Assembly: GCA_947630045.1 (NCBI GenBank)
Contig: CANRGC010000009.1
Span: 21,566-85,565 of the forward strand
DNA from: Candidatus Gastranaerophilales bacterium
GTDB lineage: Bacteria > Cyanobacteriota > Vampirovibrionia > Gastranaerophilales > Gastranaerophilaceae
Reading direction: 5' to 3'
DNA: 64,000 nt
Part shown: positions 36,815 through 46,273 of the stretch, in pieces
Layout: each line of letters opens with the position of its first letter
Position numbering within the stretch: the stretch's first letter is position 1
The notes under the pieces: generated by a model
Database searches by the model: none
What the model saw: only the letters and a program-made list of their open reading frames with translations
What the model was told of the DNA's origin: nothing
Made by a program: the position numbers and the translations under genes

Positions 36815-37216
36815 ATGAAAAAAATTATCGCAATACTTGGAGTTTCTCTGTTATTAACGGGTTGTACCGCTCTTGATGACATTCAACAAACCGTAAATGA
36901 CGTTGCAAAAAACGCAAGGGAAGATATTCAAGGCACACAAAACGAAAACAGCGTTACAAAACAGTCTGGAGTAAAAACACTGAATGACGAAATGAACAGA
37001 CTTAACGCAATGAAAAACGCTGAATTAAAGGCAATCAACAAACAAATTTCCGAAAAAGAAGGTAAAATCGCAAAAATTTTAATCGACACAAAACTTTCCG
37101 CTTCACAAAAGAAAGCAAAAACAAGCGTTCTTCAAAAAGATATTCAAACGCTTAAGGCACAAAAAGAAAATGTAGAAGAAAAATACAGAAACGAATTTAG
37201 AAATTTCGGATATTAA
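36815..37216 (+). CDS. lipoprotein, coiled-coil, function unknown
   Basis: Lipobox LLLTGCTA. The mature part is a K/Q/E-rich helix. Confidence 0.65.
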   Translation: MKKIIAILGVSLLLTGCTALDDIQQTVNDVAKNAREDIQGTQNENSVTKQSGVKTLNDEMNRLNAMKNAELKAINKQISEKEGKIAKILIDTKLSASQKKAKTSVLQKDIQTLKAQKENVEEKYRNEFRNFGY

Positions 37217-37218
37217 CT

Positions 37219-37240
37219 TTGAGGGCAAATTTGCCCTCAA
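37219..37240. other. perfect GC-cored hairpin (ttgagggcaa/ttgccctcaa) after the lipoprotein gene, without a downstream T-run
   Basis: Read directly. On the + strand it is followed by A6, so it is not a textbook terminator in that orientation. Confidence 0.3.
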
Positions 37241-37309
37241 AAAACCCGAATGAATTATTTTATTCAAATCTTAAACCGTTTTACTTTTGATTTTGAAGGT
37301 GGAATTATT

Positions 37310-39589
37310 ATGCTCAATTTTTTACAAAAACCCATTTTTAACTCATCCAAATTAAATGAAATTTTCCCGAAATTTTTACAAATCTATGGCATTAAAGATG
37401 TCACCGACGACAGAAAAAAATATCTTACCGATTGCATTAATAAATACGGTTATCTTCCGTATCCTCATTTTAAAACGCTTGAAGAATTGACGGACGGAGA
37501 AATTGTTTTTTGTTTAACAAAAATTTTGGAAAAAGAAGATGTTTATGAAAATTCAAAATTAAAAGATTTTGACAATTCTTCCGTATTATCGAGAAGAAAA
37601 ATCAAAAATTCAAACTGGTTTAAAAAAGAAGGGCATAATATAAAACTGATTTCCTTGTCTGCGCTTGGCGACGGAAATGTTTCCGAAAAGTGCGGAACTT
37701 TTATTCAGTGGATAGCCCAAATTATCTGCCTTCCGAAAGGAAACAAGGGCTTTAACATTTTGGCGGACACTATCTATCTTCTTCCTTTTCACCCGAGAGA
37801 ATTCGGCTGTGCCTATCTTCCCACTTCATCAGACATAAGCCCCAAAATGGAAGATGAAAAACTGTCAAAATTTTTAGGGTTAAACAAAAAAGAACAGCTT
37901 CAATTCTTTATTACGCTTGCCCAGCTTATGGGTCACCCCGTTATTTATGACATTTTGCCCCAAACGGGAAGATTTTCAAAAATTGTTCTTTCAAACCCTT
38001 ATGTTGCAAGGTGGAACGACATTAAGGCGCTTATTGAACAGTATACTTCGGAATTAAAAAAAATATGCGATAAAATAAGGCTTTTAAATGAATATGAAAT
38101 TTCCGCCGTTAATTCAACCGAAGAAAAATATATAAAGGAATTAAACGGCACAAAAGTTGAATATACTGAAAATGAAAAAGAAGTTTATATCGAAATTGAA
38201 AAAACAATGGAAAAAATTAAAATTGATATAAACAATCAAATGTCAAAAAAAGCTTATCAGGAAGAACTTTCAAAAAAAGCCGCAAAACTCATTGAAAAAG
38301 TAAACGGCAAAAAAATTAAATGCGAAGAAGATATTGTAAATCAGTCTGAAATTGTATCTTCGCTTATTAAAGAGGGGCTTTGGACAATATGCGGCGGGGC
38401 ATGGTGTTCGGCAAACGTTCCCGTTTTTGATAAAATGCACGACGGGGCAGATTATCCCATATATAAACACTATGACATCCAAAATAAAGACGTTACAAAG
38501 TTTGCAAACCTTGACTGTCAAACTCCTTATTATTTTGTTTATCTTGAAAACGGTAAATTTAACGAAAAAGTTATTGATTTTTATCTTAAATATACGTCAA
38601 ATCTTCAAAAAGAATATAATTTTGACGGCTTCAGGGTAGACCATATTGACCATGTTGTTGACAATCTTTCGGAAAAAAATAAAACACCGGTAAGTTACAG
38701 AATTCCGAGAAAAGTTTTGGGAAGGGTAAATACTAACTTAAAGAAAAATGTTCCTTATTTCGGAACGCTTGCAGAGTATATGCTGTGGGATAATTATCTT
38801 GACGAATATCATAAAGATATGAATTTTGACCTTCTCTGGGGGAATGACATTGTCTTTCAGTCTGCAAAAACACCGAAACAAATGGTTTTGGATAACAAAG
38901 AACTTGAAGAATATAACGTTAAAAAATCAAAACAAAACCCGCTTTCAATTTTAAAAACTTATAATAATCAAGACGGAGAATTTGAAGCAATAGACAGATA
39001 TCCTGGGCAATTGGGCGAAAACGGGGCGTTATTCAAATGGTTTAAATGTAAGTTTATTGTCGGCGGAGAATACGCAAACCGCCCCACCCTTTATATTGAC
39101 GGGGACGAAAGCTTTACGGATAAAGGAATTGAATATGTCATCGGAAACGAAGTTTCAATGAAAAGAAACAAAAACTTCGGATTTTATGAAAAATTTAACG
39201 CAATTAACTATTTTGCGCAAAATTCAAAAGTTTTATCTTTCGGCAAAGCTTCTATGATTAAAAATGAAGAAAACGGGCTTTGCGCCTTTGAAATCAATTC
39301 AAAGTTCGGTTCTTTTCTTGTTATAGCAAATTATAAAAACCCGAGTGAAAAAACGGAAATCAAAAATCAAGACGGAACATCATATATAGACTTTGTTTAC
39401 GGCGAAACAATTTATGAAAGCAAAATAGAATTTGAAGGAAGAAAATTAAAATCATATTTTGAATTTTCTTATGATGAAAACGGAAAATGCTTCCTCGAAG
39501 AAAAAGGGCTTGAAAAAATGATTGAAAATGAAATTGTTATGCATGAACTAAAGCCTGCGGAATTTAAAATTTTTGGATATGAAAATTAA
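37310..39589 (+). CDS. large GH13-like (alpha-amylase superfamily) glucan-active enzyme, specificity unknown
   Basis: EYNFDGFRVDHIDHV is a GH13 region II-like nucleophile motif. LAEYMLWD is a possible region III Glu. IYLLPFHP resembles the LLPFF motif of sucrose-phosphorylase-like GH13 members. The start was moved to ATG 37310 behind GAAGGTGG. Confidence 0.55.
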   Translation: MLNFLQKPIFNSSKLNEIFPKFLQIYGIKDVTDDRKKYLTDCINKYGYLPYPHFKTLEELTDGEIVFCLTKILEKEDVYENSKLKDFDNSSVLSRRKIKNSNWFKKEGHNIKLISLSALGDGNVSEKCGTFIQWIAQIICLPKGNKGFNILADTIYLLPFHPREFGCAYLPTSSDISPKMEDEKLSKFLGLNKKEQLQFFITLAQLMGHPVIYDILPQTGRFSKIVLSNPYVARWNDIKALIEQYTSELKKICDKIRLLNEYEISAVNSTEEKYIKELNGTKVEYTENEKEVYIEIEKTMEKIKIDINNQMSKKAYQEELSKKAAKLIEKVNGKKIKCEEDIVNQSEIVSSLIKEGLWTICGGAWCSANVPVFDKMHDGADYPIYKHYDIQNKDVTKFANLDCQTPYYFVYLENGKFNEKVIDFYLKYTSNLQKEYNFDGFRVDHIDHVVDNLSEKNKTPVSYRIPRKVLGRVNTNLKKNVPYFGTLAEYMLWDNYLDEYHKDMNFDLLWGNDIVFQSAKTPKQMVLDNKELEEYNVKKSKQNPLSILKTYNNQDGEFEAIDRYPGQLGENGALFKWFKCKFIVGGEYANRPTLYIDGDESFTDKGIEYVIGNEVSMKRNKNFGFYEKFNAINYFAQNSKVLSFGKASMIKNEENGLCAFEINSKFGSFLVIANYKNPSEKTEIKNQDGTSYIDFVYGETIYESKIEFEGRKLKSYFEFSYDENGKCFLEEKGLEKMIENEIVMHELKPAEFKIFGYEN

Positions 39590-39699
39590 TTTTTTAATAA
39601 AAATTATTTTTTAAAAAATAACCAAAGCCCATGGAAATTGGCGCTTTACAAAAAATTTGTTCTTGTTAGAATGGTTATATAAATATAAGAATGATTTTA

Positions 39700-39725
39700 A
39701 ATGTCCTTTAAAGGGGCATTTTTAA
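39700..39725 (+). terminator. terminator-like hairpin plus T-run, 30 nt upstream of rpmG
   Basis: atgtcc(t) (39701-39707) pairs with (g)ggggcat (39713-39719). It is followed by ttttt. Confidence 0.4.
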
Positions 39726-39755
39726 TTGTCAAGAAAATAAAAGGAGAAGGCTCAA

Positions 39756-39923
39756 ATGGGCATTAAAGGTAAAAACGACAGAATGGTTGTTCTTGCTTGC
39801 GAAGATTGCAAAGAAAGAAATTATACAACTACAAAAAACAAAAAAACTTTAAAAGAAAGAATGGAAATTAAAAAATATTGCTCAAGATGCAATAAACATA
39901 CCGTTCACAAAGAAACTAAATAA
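39756..39923 (+). CDS. rpmG: 50S ribosomal protein L33
   Basis: My translation is [55 protein letters not shown] (55 aa, CxxC...CxxC). SD AAGGAGAAGG. It is below the ORF-track cutoff. Confidence 0.9.
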   Translation: MGIKGKNDRMVVLACEDCKERNYTTTKNKKTLKERMEIKKYCSRCNKHTVHKETK

Positions 39924-39975
39924 CGTAATTACTCAATTTTGAGTAAGGGTAAAAGACGAAATTTTCGTCAAACCT

Positions 39976-40048
39976 GCGTCCTTAGTTCAGTTGGTAGAAC
40001 GTCGGTCTCCAAAACCGGATGTCGAGGGTTCGAGTCCTTCAGGGCGCG
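39976..40048 (+). tRNA. trnW: tRNA-Trp (anticodon CCA)
   Basis: Cloverleaf folded by hand. Acceptor GCGTCCT/AGGGCGC (one G-T pair). D arm GTTC-AGTTGGTA-GAAC. Anticodon arm TCGGT-CTCCAAA-ACCGG. T arm GAGGG-TTCGAGT-CCTTC. No encoded CCA. The position between rpmG and secE is the conserved one. Confidence 0.9.
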
Positions 40049-40068
40049 AATTTAAAACAGGAAGAAAA

Positions 40069-40290
40069 ATGACAAACTTAAAACAAAAAACAAACGAAAA
40101 AACATCCTTCAAGGAAGGCTTAATCACTTATTTTAAAGGGGTTAAGTCCGAATGGGGTAAAGTTACTTGGCCTGAAAAAAATCAAATCGTTGCGGAAACG
40201 GGAATTGTCGTTTTTGTTGTAAGTGCATTCACAATTGCTGTCTATCTTATGGACATATTGTTTAAATGGATTTTAGGGCTGATTAAATAA
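40069..40290 (+). CDS. secE: preprotein translocase subunit SecE
   Basis: GVKSEWGKVTWPEKNQIVAETGIVVFVVSAFTIAVYLMDILF. The track ORF (from 39991) starts inside the tRNA, so I used ATG 40069. Confidence 0.9.
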   Translation: MTNLKQKTNEKTSFKEGLITYFKGVKSEWGKVTWPEKNQIVAETGIVVFVVSAFTIAVYLMDILFKWILGLIK

Positions 40291-40323
40291 AAATTACAAA
40301 GAGTTTGGAAAATAAGGTAAATT

Positions 40324-40941
40324 ATGGCAAAAAAAGAAGAAAACATTCAGGAAGAAAAAGTTCAAGACGAGCTTCTGGGCACAAAAGAAGACAAGTCTGA
40401 AGTAAAAGACAAAAGCCAAAAAAAACGTTGGTACGTTGTTCATACTTATTCAGGACATGAAAACAAGGTTAAAGTTAACCTTGAAAAACGTATCGAATAT
40501 ATGAACATGGGCGAAAAAATCTTCAGGGTTGAAGTTCCGCAAAAAACAATAACTCAGGTTAAAGGCGGAAAGAAATCTGAAAAAGAAGAAAAAATCTTCC
40601 CCGGATATGTTCTTGTTGAAATGATTATGGATGATGATTCATGGTATGTCGTAAGGCACACGGCGGGAGTTACAAAATTTGTCGGTTCATCTAAAAAGCC
40701 GATTCCCGCAAAAGATTCGGAAATCAAAAAAATCATTCACAGAGGCGCTTCACAAGTTCAAAAAATTGAGCTTGATGTTAAAGTCGGTGATAAGGTCAGA
40801 ATTATTTCAGGCCCGTTTGCTGAATTTATCGGCGATATAGCTGAAGTTTACCCTGACAAGTCTAAATTAAGGGCAATGGTTTCAATCTTCGGACGTGAAA
40901 CCCCCGTTGAACTTGAATATAAACAAATTCAAAAAGTATAA
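40324..40941 (+). CDS. nusG: transcription termination/antitermination factor NusG
   Basis: RWYVVHTYSGHENKV...FPGYVLVEM...VRHTAGVTKFVG...GDKVRIISGPFAEFIGDIAEV comprises NGN and KOW domains. There is an acidic ~30-aa N-terminal extension. Confidence 0.95.
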   Translation: MAKKEENIQEEKVQDELLGTKEDKSEVKDKSQKKRWYVVHTYSGHENKVKVNLEKRIEYMNMGEKIFRVEVPQKTITQVKGGKKSEKEEKIFPGYVLVEMIMDDDSWYVVRHTAGVTKFVGSSKKPIPAKDSEIKKIIHRGASQVQKIELDVKVGDKVRIISGPFAEFIGDIAEVYPDKSKLRAMVSIFGRETPVELEYKQIQKV

Positions 40942-41028
40942 ACTTTTCAAAAATAACCGTGGAAGGGCAAAAATCATTCGTCATTTGATTTTAGAAGCCT
41001 GCTAATACCACAAGATAAGGAGATAAAA

Positions 41029-41463
41029 ATGGCACCATCAAACAAAAAAGTCACAGGGAAAATCAAGCTTCAAATTGAAGCGGGAAAAGCCAATCCTTCA
41101 CCGCCCGTTGGTCCTGCATTAGGACAAAAAGGTGTAAACATTATGGATTTTTGCAAACAGTTTAATGAAAAAACCGCTTCAATGGCAGGTTATATCATTC
41201 CTGTTGTAATTGATGTATACGAAGACAGAAGTTTCACTTTTGTTACAAAATCACCTCCGGCTGCAGTTTTAATTAAAAAAGCAATCAATTTGCCGAAGGG
41301 TTCTGCTCAACCGAACAAGACAAAAGTGGGCAAAATTACTAAAGCGCAATTGGAAGAAATTGCAAAAACAAAAATGGAAGATCTTAACGCAACAACCATG
41401 GAATCTGCCGTTAAAATGATTGCGGGTTCTGCAAGAGCTATGGGCGTTACTGTTGAAGAATAA
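41029..41463 (+). CDS. rplK: 50S ribosomal protein L11
   Basis: [35 protein letters not shown]. Confidence 0.95.
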   Translation: MAPSNKKVTGKIKLQIEAGKANPSPPVGPALGQKGVNIMDFCKQFNEKTASMAGYIIPVVIDVYEDRSFTFVTKSPPAAVLIKKAINLPKGSAQPNKTKVGKITKAQLEEIAKTKMEDLNATTMESAVKMIAGSARAMGVTVEE

Positions 41464-41511
41464 TGACGGGAGACATGACAGTCGTTAACACCGCAAGAAT
41501 TGGAGAAAAAA

Positions 41512-42237
41512 ATGTCAAAATTAACTAAAAAACAAAAGAAAATACAAGAACTCATGGAAGGCTTTGTTCAGCCCGCAAGTGCATCTTCTGCGATTGATAT
41601 GCTGCAAAAAGTTGCATCTGAAACCGCAAAATTTGATGAAACGGTTGAATGCCACATGAGATTAGGTATTGAAGTAAAACATGCTGACCAGCAAGTAAGG
41701 TCAACAACCGTTCTTCCCGCAGGTTTGGGCAAAACGGTCAGAGTTTGCGTTATTGCAAAAGCTGATAAAGCGCAACTCGCTAAAGAAGCGGGAGCCGATG
41801 AAGCGGGCGCTGAAGAAGTTATTGATAAAATCGCAGGCGGCTGGTTTGAATTTGATACCTTGATTGCAACGCCTGATATGATGGCTCACTTGGGTAAATT
41901 AGGTCGTGTTTTGGGTCCTAAAGGTTTAATGCCGAACCCGAAAACAGGAACCGTTACACCTGATGTTGCAAAGGCAGTCAAAGACGCTAAAGCCGGTAAA
42001 GTTGAATTCAGAGCCGACAAACAAGGTATGATTCACGTTCCGTTGGGAAAAATTAAATTTTCAAAAGAAGATTTAATGAAAAACTATTCAACTTTGGCTG
42101 ATGCCGTTATTAAAGCAAGACCGGCAAGCGCAAAAGGAACATATATTAAATCTTGCTATCTTTCTACAACAATGGGTCCCGGAATTAAACTTGACCCTAA
42201 AAACATCTCACTTGAAATTAAAGACTATATTGAATAA
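41512..42237 (+). CDS. rplA: 50S ribosomal protein L1
   Basis: [31 protein letters not shown]...[19 protein letters not shown] 41512 lies behind GGAG. Confidence 0.95.
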   Translation: MSKLTKKQKKIQELMEGFVQPASASSAIDMLQKVASETAKFDETVECHMRLGIEVKHADQQVRSTTVLPAGLGKTVRVCVIAKADKAQLAKEAGADEAGAEEVIDKIAGGWFEFDTLIATPDMMAHLGKLGRVLGPKGLMPNPKTGTVTPDVAKAVKDAKAGKVEFRADKQGMIHVPLGKIKFSKEDLMKNYSTLADAVIKARPASAKGTYIKSCYLSTTMGPGIKLDPKNISLEIKDYIE

Positions 42238-42240
42238 TTA

Positions 42241-42729
42241 ATGTTTGGAAAAATCAAAAATTCAATAATTGAAAGTACGGAGTATAAGCAATTTTGCTCC
42301 GTACTTTCTTCTTATTTTGATTGGTTTTATGAGAAATTTTTCTTTGGAATATTAAGCCATTTTGAAAAAAAATTTGTTAAATATCTTATTGTGGGCTTTA
42401 TAAACACGATAATTTCATACGCAATCTATGCAATTATCGTGACAATAACCCTGCGCCCTTCTTTTTCGCTTGGAATATCATATTTAATAAGCATATTTAT
42501 AAACTTTCAAACCACAGGGAAGATTGTTTTTAATAACAGCAAAAATTCACTTATTATAAAGTTTTTTCTTTCATACCTTACAACTTTTATAATAAACAGA
42601 TACCTTTTAGACACTATGGTCTTTAATTTAAAAATGGATAAATATTTGTCGCAAGCGCTTCTTGTGTTTCCCGTGGCTTTAATTTCTTTTGCAATCTTAA
42701 AACACTTTGTTTTTGTCGAAAAAAAATAA
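42241..42729 (+). CDS. GtrA-family membrane protein
   Basis: FVKYLIVGFINTIISYAIYAIIV plus four predicted TM helices. The gene ends in an A8 run followed by TAA. Confidence 0.7.
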   Translation: MFGKIKNSIIESTEYKQFCSVLSSYFDWFYEKFFFGILSHFEKKFVKYLIVGFINTIISYAIYAIIVTITLRPSFSLGISYLISIFINFQTTGKIVFNNSKNSLIIKFFLSYLTTFIINRYLLDTMVFNLKMDKYLSQALLVFPVALISFAILKHFVFVEKK

Positions 42730-42862
42730 TTATTCTGACAAAAGGCGAAAATTCAATTCAAATAAACGGGATAGAGCTTGAAGATTTCAAGAATAAAATC
42801 AAAAAAACAAATTGTTCAAATTTACATGAGCTTATTGATTTTTGTCTGAATTTGGAATGATT

Positions 42863-43507
42863 TTACAGCCCCAGTTGAGATATAAAGTTTTTTGTAATTG
42901 ACTCTTCGTAACCTGTCGGAAATTTGCATGAAACAACGAGTTTTGATGTTATATTTTCTTTCTTTTGAATTTTATCTACCATATTTTCTTTGTTTTTTGA
43001 TTTATAGATTGCAACCGTGCCTTTTGCTTTAAAGAAAGGAACCATTTTAACATTGGCTTCAAAATCAGCGTAAGGCACATAATAGCTTCCCGCCTTTATT
43101 TTACCGATTTTCGTAATCTCAATGTTTTCAATTGGCATCATCGGCGAATTAACATATTTTCCCGAAAATTCTTCGAGTTTTGGCTCAATTATTCCTTTTT
43201 CAAAATCTTTTTCAGACAAAACATCGTTTGAATTAAGGTCTAAGATTGTTATTCTTTGTTTTTTCGGAAGATAGTATGCGTTTAGTTTTCTGTAACCAAA
43301 AAAGTTTAAAGAGCGTGAAAGGGCATAATCAGCGGAAATTCCGGATAAATTCCCGAAATCGTGTTCTTCTTCAACAAGAACCGCTCTTGCAGGTTGAGTA
43401 TAAGAATCATATTTATCTTTAATATAATCAAAAATTCCAAAAGCAAAACCGGCAACAATGAGCCCTATGAATATAATCAGGTGAAAAAACTTCTTCAGAC
43501 ATCCCAT
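42863..43507 (-). CDS. hypothetical membrane-anchored protein
   Basis: 214 aa with an N-terminal TM helix (FFHLIIFIGLIVAGFAFGIF). I recognise no motif. Confidence 0.55.
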   Translation of the reverse strand: MGCLKKFFHLIIFIGLIVAGFAFGIFDYIKDKYDSYTQPARAVLVEEEHDFGNLSGISADYALSRSLNFFGYRKLNAYYLPKKQRITILDLNSNDVLSEKDFEKGIIEPKLEEFSGKYVNSPMMPIENIEITKIGKIKAGSYYVPYADFEANVKMVPFFKAKGTVAIYKSKNKENMVDKIQKKENITSKLVVSCKFPTGYEESITKNFISQLGL

Positions 43508-43555
43508 TTTATAAACCCTCTTGTCTAAACTTTTATTCTATTTTATTATTAAAAT

Positions 43556-45868
43556 ATGGAATTTCAAAACCTTTTAGAATTTGAAAAAAACAATTCTTCA
43601 AACATTCCTTTTATTCTGGAACAGTATATCAGCTTTAAGTCGAAATATAAAGATTTTATTATTCTTTACAGAGTGGGCGACTTTTATGAAACATATTTTG
43701 AAGACGCTCTTGAATTTTCAAAAATATGCGACATTCTTTTAACAAAAAGAAAATTTAAAGCCGGTGAAATTCCGATGGCGGGTGTTCCGCACAAAACCGC
43801 TGAAAATTATATAGAAAAGCTTATAAAAAACGGCAAGAAAATTGTTGTTGTTGAACAGACGGAAGATAAAGATGAAAACGGGCGCTTGATAAGAAAAGTG
43901 TCTAAGATTTATACGGAAGGGTGTCTTGTCGAATCAAAGTTTTTAGACGCAAATGAAAACAATTTTCTCTCTTCCGTCTATAAAAAGGGCGATATTTATG
44001 AATTTGCATACACCGATGTTTCAGTCGGCGAAATTTTTCGAACTTGCGGCAATTTAAATGAAATTAAATGCGAACTTACAAGAATTTCCCCCAAAGAGCT
44101 GTTAATTCCAAAAGATATGAAGCTTGAGGCTGATATTTATAAAAATTATAAAACGGAAAAATTAAATAAGTCTTTCTATGAAGGACAGGAAGAAAACAAA
44201 GCCGCTCTGGCAATTTTAAACTATGCCAAATTTGTTTTAAGAGAATTTATTCCCAAATTTGAAGAAATTAAAGATTATAAAATTCAAACTCACCTTCTTT
44301 TAGATTTTATGACAAGAAAAAATCTTGAAATTACCAAAAATTCATATAACAACAAAAAAGAAGGCTCTCTTTTTTGGGCGCTTGATTATACAAAAACACC
44401 AATGGGAAAAAGGCTTTTGTCTTTATTAATTTCAAGCCCGCTTTATAATTTGGCGGAAATTGAAAAAAGACAAGAGGCAATCGAAACCCTTCTTAAAAAC
44501 AAAAAAGCCCGCAAAAAATTAGACGAAATTTTATCAAACATCAAAGATGTTTTAAGAATATCTTCAAGAATGTCAAATTTAACTATAAGCCCGATAGAAT
44601 TTTTTATTTTAAAAGAAAGTTTAAAAGTTCTTAATGAAATTGAAAAAATTAAAAAAGAATTAAAAAGCGGCTGGCTTAAAGAAAACAATGAAGATGAAAG
44701 TCTTTTGGAAGATTTTTATGACATTTTGGACAGAACTCTTTCGGATAATATAGATGACATTAAATCGGGCAACTATTTTAAAAATGGCGCAAACACTGAG
44801 CTTGACCTTTTATCTGACGAGCTTAACTGTCATCTTAACGAAATAAAACAATATGAAACAACCCTTAGGGAAAATTCAAAAGAAGCTTCTTTGTCGATAA
44901 TAAAAAAAGGCGGAAGTTATTATATAGAAGCAAAATCTAAAAAACCGCCATATGAAAGCGACTTAAGGGTTGTGCAAAATTTAAAAAACTCAACAAGATA
45001 CACCACAAACAGGCTCATTTTGCTTGAAGAAAAAATAATGGCGCTTGAAAATAAAATAGACGAAAAAAAAGCCTATATTTTTGAAAATTTAAGAAAATAT
45101 TCAAAAGAATTAACGGAAGACATTAGAAAATATTCAAAAACGGTAGCTGTTTTAGATGTTTTGTGTTCATTAGCGCATGTAATTGAAAAAAACAATTTAA
45201 CAAAACCGGAAATAAAAAATAATTCAAACATTACAATTAAAAACTTAAGACACCTTCCTGCGGAAAAAATTCTTAACTCTTTTGAGCCTTTAAATTTAGG
45301 CTTTGAAAAATCTTATTTTATAATTTTAACGGGCAAAAACGGAAGCGGAAAGTCTACTCTTTTAAAAGCGCTTGCTTCAATTATTATTCTTGCCCAATCA
45401 GGCTTTTATGTTCCCGCTCAATCGGCAAAATTACCCCTTGTGGATAAACTTTTTACCTGTCTTAGCGTTTCGGACGAATTTGTTAATAAAAAGTCGACTC
45501 ACCAAATGCAAATGAACAAGGTGGCATATATATTAAGAGAAATGACTGATGATAGTGTGATTTTGCTTGATGAAATCGGAAAACACACCTTTTATAAAGA
45601 CGGAATTTCTTTATTTTACGCAATTACAAAATATCTCACGGAAAAAAGCAAGGCAAAAACAATTTTAACAACTCATTTTCTTGATTTGAAAAACCTCTTT
45701 TTTGATATGGAAGATAAAGTTTCGTTTATAAAAATCGACAACTCAAAAAATCAAAGAGAGCTTGTCTTTGGAATAACCGACACAAGCAGCGGAATAGAGG
45801 CTGCAAAAAATGAAGGGGTTTTTAATGAAATTATTGAAAATTCAAAAAAGTGTTATAGTGTCCTCTGA
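43556..45868 (+). CDS. mutS: DNA mismatch repair protein MutS (MutS1-type N-terminus, divergent ATPase motifs, short C-terminus)
   Basis: PFILEQYISFKSKYKDFIILYRVGDFYETYFEDA...MAGVPHKTAENYIEKLIKNGKKIVVVEQ is the mismatch-binding Phe-x-Glu region. Walker A reads GKNGSGKST, where GPNMGGKST is usual. DEIGKHT and TTHF are also present. Confidence 0.8.
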   Translation: MEFQNLLEFEKNNSSNIPFILEQYISFKSKYKDFIILYRVGDFYETYFEDALEFSKICDILLTKRKFKAGEIPMAGVPHKTAENYIEKLIKNGKKIVVVEQTEDKDENGRLIRKVSKIYTEGCLVESKFLDANENNFLSSVYKKGDIYEFAYTDVSVGEIFRTCGNLNEIKCELTRISPKELLIPKDMKLEADIYKNYKTEKLNKSFYEGQEENKAALAILNYAKFVLREFIPKFEEIKDYKIQTHLLLDFMTRKNLEITKNSYNNKKEGSLFWALDYTKTPMGKRLLSLLISSPLYNLAEIEKRQEAIETLLKNKKARKKLDEILSNIKDVLRISSRMSNLTISPIEFFILKESLKVLNEIEKIKKELKSGWLKENNEDESLLEDFYDILDRTLSDNIDDIKSGNYFKNGANTELDLLSDELNCHLNEIKQYETTLRENSKEASLSIIKKGGSYYIEAKSKKPPYESDLRVVQNLKNSTRYTTNRLILLEEKIMALENKIDEKKAYIFENLRKYSKELTEDIRKYSKTVAVLDVLCSLAHVIEKNNLTKPEIKNNSNITIKNLRHLPAEKILNSFEPLNLGFEKSYFIILTGKNGSGKSTLLKALASIIILAQSGFYVPAQSAKLPLVDKLFTCLSVSDEFVNKKSTHQMQMNKVAYILREMTDDSVILLDEIGKHTFYKDGISLFYAITKYLTEKSKAKTILTTHFLDLKNLFFDMEDKVSFIKIDNSKNQRELVFGITDTSSGIEAAKNEGVFNEIIENSKKCYSVL

Positions 45869-45952
45869 TTTACCTAATTAAAGGTTTTGGGGGTTTTGCC
45901 GAGATAAACATTATGATATCATTAAAATTATCCCCTCAAATAAGGCAAAATT

Positions 45953-46273
45953 ATGGCACCAACAGAAACCGAAGAAGATATAGATTTAAAAAAGGTAGGT
46001 CTTGAACTAATGTTTATGACCCCCGAAAAGTGTGCTTCCTCAGAGGGAATAACGGCGGTTGAGCTTTCAAAACAACTTAATATTGATGTCGAAATTGTTA
46101 AAAAGAAGTTGAAAATATTGCTTGAGCACAATATAGTAAGGGTTATAGGAATTAACCCCAAACTTTGGAAGTTTGATGAATACAATTTTCAAAGAATGGA
46201 CGAAAACGATGAAGTTTATTTGCTTCTTTGTTCCTTTGACGATGTTGATTTTGACAGATATTTTGAATATTGA
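45953..46273 (+). CDS. hypothetical small protein, possible winged-helix fold
   Basis: GITAVELSKQLNIDVEIVKKKLKILLEHNIVRVIG looks like HTH plus wing. Its stop overlaps the next gene start (ATGA). Confidence 0.5.
   Translation: MAPTETEEDIDLKKVGLELMFMTPEKCASSEGITAVELSKQLNIDVEIVKKKLKILLEHNIVRVIGINPKLWKFDEYNFQRMDENDEVYLLLCSFDDVDFDRYFEY

Noticed and set aside
39991-40068. N-terminal 26 codons of the track ORF 39991-40290
   Set aside because: They would start inside tRNA-Trp. SecE begins at ATG 40069.
40942-41511. L1-binding autoregulatory leader in front of rplK or between rplK and rplA (for example gacgggagacatgacagtcg at 41465-41484)
   Set aside because: I could not fold a convincing mimic of the 23S L1-stalk site by eye. 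A covariance-model search would be needed.
42241-42729. Absence of rplJ-rplL after rplA (a gtrA-like gene follows instead) as a sign of insertion or horizontal transfer
   Set aside because: There are no flanking repeats or mobility genes, and I saw no compositional change by eye. This is most likely a simple lineage-specific gene order.
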